Assembly (NCBI GenBank): GCA_963710755.1
Contig: CAVQBK010000003.1
Span: forward strand, 224,001-288,000
Direction of reading: 5' to 3'
DNA from: an uncultured bacterium
GTDB taxonomy: Bacteria > Oederibacteriota > JAAXVQ01 > JAUVAV01
Length of the DNA stretch: 64,000 nucleotides
Shown here: piece after piece, positions 10,449 to 19,600 of the stretch
Numbering within the stretch: the stretch's first letter is position 1
Layout: each line of letters starts with the position of its first letter
Notes under the pieces: generated by a model
Seen by the model: only the letters and a program-made list of their open reading frames with translations
Database searches by the model: none
Told to the model about the DNA's origin: nothing
Translations under genes and position numbers: made by a program

Positions 10449-10536
10449 AACCAGCGGAAGAGATGGGCACCACTTTTTCCCGTGGTCTTTGACGATCCAG
10501 CTTGCAATTTTATTTATGGAGAAGGCTGAGCCCGGA

Positions 10537-10630
10537 CCACTGCTCCCCCAAGAAAAGCCGAATCTCGGATGGAGGCCGTCCCTGGGCAGGAGGGGCTATT
10601 AAGCTGTTATGGTGTTAACGTCCTGTTGAC
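10537..10630 (+). repeat. Island left-edge repeat ending in a RAYT/MITE-type terminus (copy A; related to 12245-12337 and 16229-16308)
   Basis: ctcccccaagaaaagccgaatctcgg...ccgtccctgggcaggaggggctattaagctgttatggtgttaacgtcctgttgac aligns with 12245-12337. Confidence 0.85.
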
Positions 10631-10635
10631 TTCAA

Positions 10636-11013
10636 TCACGATCTGGCGAGACCACGTTCTAATATAGCAATCACTTCCGTATTCAGGCTGACGCCTTCCC
10701 GCTCTGCCTCCAAGGCAAGACGTTCATGCAGCGTTTTCGGAACCCGCACATTGAATTTTCCACTATATTTTTCCCGGGGCAATGGGATCGATCGTCCTCG
10801 CCTTAATTCTTCCTCCAGCCAAACCTCCTTGGCTTCGGCAATCATTTTTAACGCCTCTTCCTCCGTCTCACCTTGTGATACACAGCCGGGCAGATCAGGG
10901 ATGACCGCAACATAACCGCCGTCTTGATTATCCGGAATTAAATCCACACGGTACTTCAATTTAATATACTTTAAGAGATCGGCTTTGATATTCCTACCAG
11001 CCATGGTTATCAT
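10636..11013 (-). CDS. hicB: HicB antitoxin (RNase H-like fold + RHH)
   Basis: GGYVAVIPDLPGCVSQGETEEEAL, YSGKFNVRVPKTLHERLA; ATGA overlap with hicA. Confidence 0.93.
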   Translation of the reverse strand: MITMAGRNIKADLLKYIKLKYRVDLIPDNQDGGYVAVIPDLPGCVSQGETEEEALKMIAEAKEVWLEEELRRGRSIPLPREKYSGKFNVRVPKTLHERLALEAEREGVSLNTEVIAILERGLARS

Positions 11014-11252
11014 TCCTCTCCGCTAAGATAGCGCGCAAGCACAGTTCGCACTTGTTCCACGTAACAGCGCTTTACAGGATTATTCCTGGGCAATGTGATG
11101 GTGGTATATTTCTGATGTGAAAAAACCGTATGGCTGCCTTTGCCCTGTCTTTCCACATAGCCCAGTTTCAACAATACTTTGACAATTTCCGAGTACCTAA
11201 TCTCTCTTCTCTTATCCATGACTGCAAATAAGAGTTTATCCAGCTTGGTCAT
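11010..11252 (-). CDS. hicA: HicA mRNA interferase toxin
   Basis: LGYVERQGKGSHTVFSH...VKRCYVEQV; upstream of hicB. Confidence 0.9.
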   Translation of the reverse strand: MTKLDKLLFAVMDKRREIRYSEIVKVLLKLGYVERQGKGSHTVFSHQKYTTITLPRNNPVKRCYVEQVRTVLARYLSGEE

Positions 11253-11450
11253 GAAATGTCCTTCTTTTTATGGTACTATATTCGGTACTACATATCAATA
11301 GCTTAATAATTTAAATAGCCGCGCGCCAAAACAGGGATGCCGGCGCCAAGGTTTAAATTATTGGACCGGAAAACAGCAATTTTCTTTCGAAAAATGTTAA
11401 TTTTTTCCCTTCCTCCCCGTCCCCCGTGCCTCCCTGTGAATAGTCCTTTT

Positions 11451-11738
11451 TTATCTTGTCCCGTTTTTTAATCTCTTCACTTCTTCCACCACCGCCATCT
11501 CTATGACCGTCCGCAAGCTCCACACAATCTCATTGACCATGGTTAGATCCATCTCCTCCGGACAGGCCGCCACGGGGTTGGCCTCCATCATACATGTGTA
11601 CTCCCCGGCCCAATGAAAGATAGGAATCTCCTTGAGCAGGATACGGTTGTCAATGGTCACCCGGGCTATGCCGATAATAGCGGATAAGTTCGAAGTGCTG
11701 GGGTAGATGGTGATGGAGAGATTGGGGGATTGGGGCAT
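11451..11738 (-). CDS. Small SpoVG-like protein, copy 1
   Basis: IIGIARVTIDNRILLKEIPIF resembles the SpoVG beta-strand pattern; about 6 nt differences from 15432-15719; start taken from the paralogue. Confidence 0.6.
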   Translation of the reverse strand: MPQSPNLSITIYPSTSNLSAIIGIARVTIDNRILLKEIPIFHWAGEYTCMMEANPVAACPEEMDLTMVNEIVWSLRTVIEMAVVEEVKRLKNGTR

Positions 11739-11856
11739 GGGGCGTTCCTTGTGTGGCTTATTTTCCATATTATGCCAATCCTTCGGTTTAAGGTCAAGGT
11801 TTTTATGTGGCTAACTTTCTGTTTGCTAATTTTCTGCAAGGAATTAGATTACTGCC

Positions 11857-12168
11857 ATGCCTACTAAGTCTAAAGAATCAAACATCATTCAAAAGAGCAT
11901 GGGCCATGTCATTCGGACATTGCGTTTCAAGCTGAATCTTACCCAAAGTCAGCTGGCCGAAAAAGCCGGCCTGGACCGCACCTATATTGGGGATATTGAA
12001 ATCGGCGGCCGCAATATCGCCCTGCGCACTTTCTTTCGCCTAGCTGCAGCCCTTGAGGTGTCGCCGGACAAGTTCATGAAATTATTGACCAAACAACTGG
12101 AAGCGGATCATAAGGGATTTGATTGGAAGAAACTCATGGAAAAAGATAAGTGGGTGGAGAGAGGGTAA
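11857..12168 (+). CDS. XRE-family HTH regulator (C-protein-like), copy 1
   Basis: LTQSQLAEKAGLDRTYIGDIEIGGRNIAL. Confidence 0.9.
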   Translation: MPTKSKESNIIQKSMGHVIRTLRFKLNLTQSQLAEKAGLDRTYIGDIEIGGRNIALRTFFRLAAALEVSPDKFMKLLTKQLEADHKGFDWKKLMEKDKWVERG

Positions 12169-12197
12169 AGGTAGGTATCAAAATAACAGCATGTATT

Positions 12198-12238
12198 TCC
12201 CCTCGCCCCGTGCCAGCGGGGAGAGGTTGGGTGAGGGG
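12198..12238. repeat. REP-like hairpin repeat (second copy at 16182-16222)
   Basis: tcccctcgccccg-tgccag-cggggagaggttgggtgagggg, identical downstream of both XRE genes. Confidence 0.75.
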
Positions 12239-12244
12239 CCCAGT

Positions 12245-12337
12245 ATACTCCTCCCCCAAAAAAGTCGAATCTCGGGTGGATGCCGTCCCTGGGCAGGAGG
12301 GGCAATTAAGTTGTTATGTTGTTAACGTCCCGTTGAC
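12245..12337 (+). repeat. Repeat copy B ending in the MITE terminal sequence
   Basis: attaagttgttatgttgttaacgtccc (12305-12331) is identical to one end of the 219-bp element. Confidence 0.85.
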
Positions 12338-12376
12338 CCGTATTTCCGGCGCATTTTTTAAAGAAAGGGGCAAACC

Positions 12377-13873
12377 ATGAAAAAGTTAACTTATAGCCTG
12401 CTCTTATGTGGGCTTATATTGGATGGTTCCGTTCACGCTGAACTCGTCGAAAGAGGAACGCTCTCCGGCATCGTAACCACCTTTGACTCGGACAACGCAG
12501 GCGTTCTGTACCGAAACAGTGCCTCTGAGTATTGGCACCTAACTCGAGGCGGCGACGCCAAAAAACTTATCGCCAATTCACATTCTGAACGTGTGACATC
12601 GGTGTCACCTCAGCGCACTTACGCCCTTCTCCGCGGAATGGAAGGCATTCACATTGTGAAACTCAAAACCGGAGAAAAAATCCCCATAAAATTTAAGTTG
12701 AATTTTTCTCATCATGCTACCTGGCTTTTGGATGAAAGTAAATTCGCCTTTGTATCACGAAACAAGAAAGAAAGTGAACGCCCGGTTCTTTCTAATTTTA
12801 CTGAAAATCTCTATCTTTTTAATGTTATTGAGTATGTCAAGGATTACAAGAATCGGTCACTCGCGGATATCGGTAATTATACAACAAAACTTACAACGTA
12901 TACCAAAGGCTTTTGGATAGACAATCTCGCCTGGGCTACCGATCAGAAGAGACTTGCCTTTGGAACCTACCATCCGGAGAAAGTGAACAATCAATCTAAG
13001 TATTTTCATACGATAGAAGTTGTTGATATCTCCAGTGAAATGATTTCTACTGTAGCCAAGATGCCCAGCGATGGAATCTATTGGACCGGAAAGGATTCGC
13101 TGGCGTTTTTCGGCTATACCAAAGCAGGTGGTTGGACGCTCTACGCCAAAGAAGGCCAAGGGCCTGTAAAGCAACTCGTTCAGGGACGACCACACCATTG
13201 GGCTTTTTCCGAACAAGAGCGGAGTTATTTATACGACATGCCGCCTCACTCATCAAATCCGGGAAACGAACACTTTTGGAAGAATTTGGATAATAAAAGC
13301 ATGACCAGGATAGTAGGTGCTCTAAGGAATCCGATGTTATCCAAGGACGGAAAGTGGCTCTCATTCCAAGTCCCTGATACACTGGACAAAGCCATGGCCA
13401 TCTTGGTTGAAACAAAACTCATCTCAGAGCGTGCCGTTAATGGGACAGTCAAGGTTGAGGACCTCATCCAAATACGTATGGGAGAAAGGCCATCAGTTTA
13501 TGACGTGAAGTCGTCACCCCTCCCTCAGCCATCGGTCACTTTTCGTTTGAATGATGTACAGGCCAATCAGGAATTCATCTCGTATGAGCTACATCTAAAG
13601 AATGAATTCAATGACAGGTACTTGCGTTTTAAATTTGTAAACCAACAGCAGATTGCCGGCAAAATTACAGACGCAACTGGCAATGAAGTCCTATCATGGC
13701 CGAGGATCGTTCAACCTGCCGTTTCAGCTTTCCTCGTGGGGCCGCATGAAACCAAGGTGTTCAGCGGACGTACCTCTTCCTCGTTGAAACCGGGTCAGAC
13801 CTATACCGTCGCCTTTGAACTGATAGGATACCAAAACATTCCGACAGTCCAAACACAATTTACAGTCGACTAG
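12377..13873 (+). CDS. Secreted TolB/WD40-like beta-propeller protein with C-terminal BsuPI-like Ig domain
   Basis: Signal peptide MKKLTYSLLLCG...VHA; propeller-type motifs SVSPQRTY, LAWATDQKRLAF, MLSKDGKWLSF; C-terminal ITDATGNEVLSW...GPHETKVF. Confidence 0.6.
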   Translation: MKKLTYSLLLCGLILDGSVHAELVERGTLSGIVTTFDSDNAGVLYRNSASEYWHLTRGGDAKKLIANSHSERVTSVSPQRTYALLRGMEGIHIVKLKTGEKIPIKFKLNFSHHATWLLDESKFAFVSRNKKESERPVLSNFTENLYLFNVIEYVKDYKNRSLADIGNYTTKLTTYTKGFWIDNLAWATDQKRLAFGTYHPEKVNNQSKYFHTIEVVDISSEMISTVAKMPSDGIYWTGKDSLAFFGYTKAGGWTLYAKEGQGPVKQLVQGRPHHWAFSEQERSYLYDMPPHSSNPGNEHFWKNLDNKSMTRIVGALRNPMLSKDGKWLSFQVPDTLDKAMAILVETKLISERAVNGTVKVEDLIQIRMGERPSVYDVKSSPLPQPSVTFRLNDVQANQEFISYELHLKNEFNDRYLRFKFVNQQQIAGKITDATGNEVLSWPRIVQPAVSAFLVGPHETKVFSGRTSSSLKPGQTYTVAFELIGYQNIPTVQTQFTVD

Positions 13874-13954
13874 TTCCTGCTGGGCATATGTGGATATGGG
13901 ACGAACCTAACTAATGATTCCTGAGAAGTAAGTACCTTTTTTGAAGTCGAATAA

Positions 13955-14173
13955 GTTCTAGGGGACGTTAACAACATAACAACTTAATAGACAGTTCCAA
14001 ATAAATGCAGTTATAATTACACCATGCCACGACAAAAACGACTGAATTTACCAGGGTAACAGACATTTAAGTGAGCGCCAAAGAACAAGCGGTATCGAAA
14101 TGGTTCGAAAAAGGAAGGGAGATTTGTGAACGAAAAAATATAAAGTTGTTAAGTTGTTAACGTCCCGTAGAAC
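13955..14173 (+). mobile_element. 219-bp RAYT-derived miniature element, copy 1
   Basis: 31-bp terminal inverted repeats GTTCTA(G/C)GGGACGTTAACAAC(A/T)TAACAACTT. Interior encodes MPRQKRLNLPG (ATG 14024) joined to EQAVSKWFEKGREICERKNIKLLSC*. Confidence 0.88.
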
Positions 14174-14314
14174 ACTTTCTTTCGCCTAGCTGCAGCCCTT
14201 GAGGTGTCGCCGGACAAGTTCATGAAATTATTGGCCAAACAACTGGAAGCGGATCATAAGGGATTTGATTGGAAGAAACTCATGGAAAAAGATAAGTGGG
14301 TGGAGCGGGGTTGA
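14173..14314 (+). pseudogene. 3' half of an XRE gene (near-identical to 12027-12168) abutting the miniature element
   Basis: 142-bp match to the 3' end of XRE copy 1 with few substitutions; no 5' half. Confidence 0.9.
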
Positions 14315-14338
14315 TGGGGGGATAATTTCTTTGCTGGT

Positions 14339-15211
14339 TCAAACAAAATATCCGTCTTTCTTTAAAAACCGCTCATGTTTTTTCCTGTTACAATAAGGTG
14401 CATAAATTATTCCATCCCACTTCCATATTTTTTGATCATTAAATATAATGTCTATATTCATAGTTGTGTTTAATATTTTCTCCCACAGGTTTTTATAGGG
14501 ATTAATGCACAACGAAGATTGAAAGCAATCTTTTGCAGTACAAGTATTGTTAGCCGTATATTCATCAAAAGACTTCGAAACGATCCCCCCGATTATATCT
14601 ATTATTTTGATCGCTCTAGCTTCATCTGAATATTTTTCTGATTTTTTGGGAATAAAATAAGGGCCGCCCAGTATTACTTTTTTTTCTCGCGCCAAATCAT
14701 GAATCTGTACCTTGATTTTATCCTGATACTTACGGTCATTAATATCAATGAACCAATCCACTTTGGGGTTATTGAACAAATATGATCCTGGCTGATGGAA
14801 ATTAAGTTTTTTTACAAAAGGAAATATTCTTTTAAATCCATATAAATAACCATTTTGTGCATGCCCGGCTATTATTGCTTTGTCTGTCAATTTTTGTCCG
14901 CATTCTACTTCTGATTTATTTAGAATATAAAAACCTAGAAGGCAAATATAGTCTCTGTTATTTCCCGATAAAAGCTCCGTAACAAAACCCTCAAGGGCAC
15001 AAGGATCGTCTTTAGCGACTTTCTTTAACTCAGACCATTTTCGCAAACGGGATTTAAGATATTTTCTTGAGCAGGAGCGGGCGATTTCAATGAATTTCTT
15101 CATCGATTCTTCGCCGGGAAAGCACGCCATTGAAATGATGTAATTTCTTGTGGCTCCAGAATAGGTTGTTCCCAAACATCCTGATTCATCGGAGATAACG
15201 ATGAGTCGCAA
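14339..15211 (-). CDS. DUF3800-like protein (RNase H-like fold)
   Basis: N-terminal IVISDESG and C-terminal AIKIIDIIGG (QxAD-like position). Start placed at TTG 15211 because the ATG at 15241 lies inside the RNA structure. Confidence 0.65.
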   Translation of the reverse strand: MRLIVISDESGCLGTTYSGATRNYIISMACFPGEESMKKFIEIARSCSRKYLKSRLRKWSELKKVAKDDPCALEGFVTELLSGNNRDYICLLGFYILNKSEVECGQKLTDKAIIAGHAQNGYLYGFKRIFPFVKKLNFHQPGSYLFNNPKVDWFIDINDRKYQDKIKVQIHDLAREKKVILGGPYFIPKKSEKYSDEARAIKIIDIIGGIVSKSFDEYTANNTCTAKDCFQSSLCINPYKNLWEKILNTTMNIDIIFNDQKIWKWDGIIYAPYCNRKKHERFLKKDGYFV

Positions 15212-15221
15212 CTTTTTACCC

Positions 15222-15315
15222 CAAAAAAATAGCCCCGTCATACCCTCTCAAAGAGAGGTGAGTTCTCGACAAGGGCGAGAACCGACGGGGCTAATATAGG
15301 ACACCAATAATTTCT
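15222..15315 (-). ncRNA. Putative structured RNA (three-way junction + U-tract) upstream of the DUF3800-like gene
   Basis: P1 15230-15239/15284-15293 (10 bp perfect), P2 15244-15249/15253-15258, P3 15262-15268/15276-15282; U7 follows P1 on the minus strand. Confidence 0.7.
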
Positions 15316-15321
15316 AAATAG

Positions 15322-15350
15322 AGTATATCTCAGCTTTTTATTGCCTACAA
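15322..15350 (-). promoter_or_regulatory. Sigma70-type promoter for the RNA/DUF3800 unit
   Basis: TTGTAG-17 nt-TATACT on the minus strand. Confidence 0.6.
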
Positions 15351-15431
15351 GTATAATTTTAAAGTTTTTATGATCCCCTTAAATTATCGGCATAATATTG
15401 CTGATCCTAAATTTAATATGCCTATTCCCTT

Positions 15432-15719
15432 TTATCTTGTCCCGTTTTTTAATCTCTTCACTTCTTCCACCACCGCCATCTCTATGACCGCCCGCAAGCT
15501 CCACACAATCTCATTGACCATGGTTAGATCCATCTTCTCCGGGCAGGCCGCCACGGGCTTGGCCTCCATCATACATGTGTACTCTCCGGCCCAATGAAAG
15601 ATAGGAATCTCCTTGAGCAGGATACGGTTGTCAATGGTCACCCGGGCTATGCCGATAATAGCGGATAAGTTCGAAGTGCTGGGGTAGATGGTGATGGAGA
15701 GATTGGGGGAGTGGGGCAT
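15432..15719 (-). CDS. Small SpoVG-like protein, copy 2
   Basis: Near-identical to 11451-11738; AGGAAG RBS-like sequence upstream. Confidence 0.6.
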   Translation of the reverse strand: MPHSPNLSITIYPSTSNLSAIIGIARVTIDNRILLKEIPIFHWAGEYTCMMEAKPVAACPEKMDLTMVNEIVWSLRAVIEMAVVEEVKRLKNGTR

Positions 15720-15840
15720 AAAAATCTTCCTTTTGTTACTAATTTGCTACCAAGAGTATATCCAATTCATAAAAGGAGATCAAGCCAATTGTACATAACT
15801 TGCCATTTACTTATTTTCTACAAACCTCTAATGTTGCCCT

Positions 15841-16152
15841 ATGCCTTCAAAATCTAAAGAGAAAAATATAATCCAAGTTACCTTAGGTCATATTATAAGG
15901 GACTTACGCTACAAGCTTCACCTTACTCAAGAACAGTTGGCCGAACGGGCTAGTGTAAACCGTTCCTATATTGCTGATCTTGAATTAGGCGGACGCAACA
16001 TGGCCTTTCGCAATATTCTACGGCTATCCGTCGCCCTGGAAATCACGCCAGATAAATTATTCAAATTGCTTCTCAAACGACTTGAAACAGATCAAAAAGG
16101 ATTTGATTTGAAGAAGTTTATGGAAAAAGATAAGTGGGTGGAGAGAGGGTAA
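15841..16152 (+). CDS. XRE-family HTH regulator, copy 2
   Basis: LTQEQLAERASVNRSYIADLELGGRNMAF; 68/103 aa identical to copy 1 by manual count. Confidence 0.9.
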   Translation: MPSKSKEKNIIQVTLGHIIRDLRYKLHLTQEQLAERASVNRSYIADLELGGRNMAFRNILRLSVALEITPDKLFKLLLKRLETDQKGFDLKKFMEKDKWVERG

Positions 16153-16309
16153 AGGTAGGTATCAAAATAACAGCATGTATTTCCCCTCGCCCCGTGCCAG
16201 CGGGGAGAGGTTGGGTGAGGGGCCCACTACACTCCTCCCCCAGGAAAAGTCACGTATCAGGTGGATACCGTCTCTGTACACAATAGGTAATTAAGCAAGA
16301 CCGTCCCCT

Positions 16310-16535
16310 TTATACAAAAGAAAAATGCTTGGATATGGTCTTGAAAGCGTTAGAAACGATGGAGCAAGGGGATAGAAATCTCGTTGTCCAGGAATTATTA
16401 GATCTATTGCAGAACAATGAATTTAAAGATTCCACATGGGCTAAAAGTGATCAAAAACGATTTAAAAAAGAGCTTGAAAAGTTCAGATGGTGTCGCCGGT
16501 TGCTTGGGATATTAGAAACGAAAATAAAAGAATGA
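16310..16535 (+). pseudogene. Probable 3' fragment of an unknown gene starting at a CGTCCCC junction
   Basis: The frame of the 68-aa ORF stays open back to the cgtcccc terminus at 16302-16308; TTG start without a clear RBS. Confidence 0.4.
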
Positions 16536-16632
16536 TTCTGATATAAAAAACTATATGACAATATATCGACATCCATCCCGCCATTAGCCACGGAAATGCG
16601 CATTTCAGTAACTATAACAGTGTGGTCGCCTA

Positions 16633-19600
16633 TTAGGAGGCCAACCGAACTTCGCGAAATGCCTCGCTAAGCTGAAGCGCTGCACTTCGCCTGTCGCCCA
16701 TGTCGACTAGAATGTCGAGAATCCGCAGGAACTTCTGAGCAAGAGCCATTTTCATGGGCGTATCACGATGTGCGAAGTACTGAACAAGCTCCGCAATACG
16801 TGCCGGAATGAACGTTCCATGCCAACCCTTTAGGTTGTCGGGTCCGTTATTAATAATCGAGAGCACTTGGTCCGCGAAGGCTTCTGTTGGATAGTTTGCC
16901 CTTGCTCGTTCACAGAGCGTCAAAAATGGGGCCATCACAGAAGCGGCCCATCCGCTGGCGCGAACGAATCGATTGATCAGGGGTAGGATACGGTCAATTT
17001 CTGACCAGTCACCATTGACGTAGCGAGCAGCTAAGTCCGCGCCTTCGACGGAGACAAACATTAAAGTGCGAACAAGATCAGGCTGATCGAAACCTGTGAG
17101 TTCACCACTCCGGTAAGTGTCGCGTTTGAAAACGGAATCCTGTAAAAGACGTTCAAGACACAGGTTCAGCATCACGATTGCATCGGCTGGAACGACCGGC
17201 GCATCGTACACATAGGCGCAGACATAAGTACTCGCGAAGGGGGAAAGGAGAGCCCAGCAATTGTCGCCTTTGAGGTTCAGAATCGGGTCGAGGAAGCGGG
17301 TTTGAAAGTCGGCAAGCGGGATAAAACCAGCCACCTGGCCCAGCCGCGATCCAAGCGTATGCGTCCACTCGAAAATCTGGGTTGATGATTTATTTCGGCG
17401 TCCAGGCTTCACCCATGCTGGCTCATTCTTTTGATTGGTCCAGTCGAGAACACCAGCGAGGAAATCGAGAAGTGAGTTCATTGCGCTACTTTGCAGAACC
17501 TTATCAAAGGGGATGTGCTTAAGAATTTTTGCTGCCTGCTTGGAATGCCAAATAACGTTTGGTTCACCCCATGCCTCAGCTGCGTCGGTAGCATCATCAG
17601 CATCGATATCTTCATAGCTTTGATGCCCACGTCGGCTCTTTCCTTGTTCGACTTTCACCCAGGCTGGAGGCGGTAACGGAAGGGAAGCCCATCCGCTTCC
17701 ATTCTCGTAGAACTCAAGCGCCGCATCGATCGCCGCTTGCGCTTCACTCATCGAATGGAGTGCTTCATTGTGTTGACGGGCCTGGCTGCGCGGCCGTAGT
17801 GGGACGTGACAGAGCGAAAATGCTAAGACCAGCGCCGCCCAAGTCAATCTGGGATCCTTGGACCAAAGCTTACACGATTCTTCAAGCGCGGCTAATGAAA
17901 CAATCTCCAATGGGTGCGCAATCAGCCCAAGAAGGTCGCGAATCGCACCGCGTTCCGCTGTACTTTCGCGGATATCCGCTGCGATGCCGCGCGCCACGTA
18001 GATCGCCTGATGCCATGGGATAATGGAACTGGGAGACTGCATCAAATCGGGCTTTTCTGGCAGAAGGATAGCACGTTTTAATACATCACGAGCCCACTTG
18101 AGATCTTCTTGACTACACCCTTTTCGAAATGTGAGCGCGATGGCAGCGGTGGCGGCAACTGCACCTCGACGTATACCCAACTGCACTTCTTCGTTCTCAT
18201 CTTTCGGTTGTTTGAATAAATCGTTGGCGTCAGCTTCTCTGGCCATTGCAATGGCATCTTGAATATCGTAACTGTCGTTGAGTCCCTTCTTTTCAAATGA
18301 CTTGCACGCCCACGTCCACAAGCTGGTCAGATTAAGATATTTAGTTGCCTCTTCGACCCTGGCGATATTTTCAGGTTCAGCATCGGAAGGACTAACGTGG
18401 ACAATTGTTAGCTGGTCTGAATCCTTTTCCGTGCGGTAGGCCTGATAGTTGTGCGGGTCTGTAAACTCGGCATATTTAATGGCTTGTTCCATGAGGTGTT
18501 TCCTTACCTCTGGAATATTGCGCTGCTCCTCGTACTGAAAAGGCAAATTATTCTTGAAATCGAGAATCGCATTGCGGGTTTGGTTACGGATCGGTCCTGT
18601 CGCAAAAACAAACATAGGCACCATCCAACTAAGCTGCTTTTTGCGAACCGGCCTGGCATTTGCTGCTTGGATCGCATCAACGTGAGGTTTATCGGTGCGA
18701 GATGTAAAACCTATTAGATTAGTAGTCGGAGCAATATCTTGCTCCCATCGATGTTGGTCGGCAGCTAGCAAACGTTGTGAGATGAAGAGTGGCAATGTCG
18801 TTTCGGACACAGTTTCGGTATTGAGCGCAAGCATTGCCGCAATGCCTAGGATGGCGATGCATTCGTTTCCCTCTATGATTTGCTGGATTATCTCATCAAC
18901 GGGCCGACCACGCTCAAGCTCGGTGAAGCACCATTCTTCGAGTGCCATAAACCCGCAGCCGATGGCATTGGGCGCCCATGTAGAACGAAACCAAAGATAC
19001 TCCCGGTCAGTACCCCAGAATTTCTGGGTACCCCAGGGAAACCTCAGTTCAAGCGGTATAGGTGTGCCGGGGGGATTTTCATGATATCGTGAATAACAAT
19101 GTAGTTGTCGCCACGCGGTCATCGCGTGATTGCATAGTTCCCGAAGGAGTCTCAAAGCCTCGGCGGGTGAAAACTTAAAAAGTGAGTAAAAGGGCTCTCG
19201 AAGCGGTGAAGGAGGCAAGAAACTTTGATGGTCATCGTGGATCGATAGCCTTTCACAGTCGTGGAAACTAAAATCACCTATGGCTCGCAGAGAATGTCCG
19301 AACGAAAGTGACATTTGTTCTTGGCGCGTGCGCTCAGCTTTCGGCTTGGCAAGGACTGTTTTGCGCCACTCGGCCGCACGATGAAGTTCCTGTCTTTCGC
19401 GGGCGACTTGCTCGTCTGGTAGTTCCTCTCGCAGGAACGCCAATGAAAGTTCGACGACCGACTGAGGGAGTGATTGGGCGAGGACAGGTGAGTAGACGAT
19501 GATGTCGTGAAAAGCGTCGTCACGGATACGCTCTGAGTTGGCCACCCGCTGCAAGTAGTCGGCGGCAAAGATCGGCTCAGATCTCGACGATTTTAAGAGG

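Noticed and set aside
15212-15241. ATG start at 15241 for the DUF3800-like ORF
   Set aside because: It lies within the RNA stem and U-tract (giving MTGLFFWGKK); TTG 15211 puts DESG at the usual N-terminal position.
11451-16152. Diversity-generating retroelement template/variable repeat pair
   Set aside because: Differences between duplicates are not adenine-specific and no reverse transcriptase is present.
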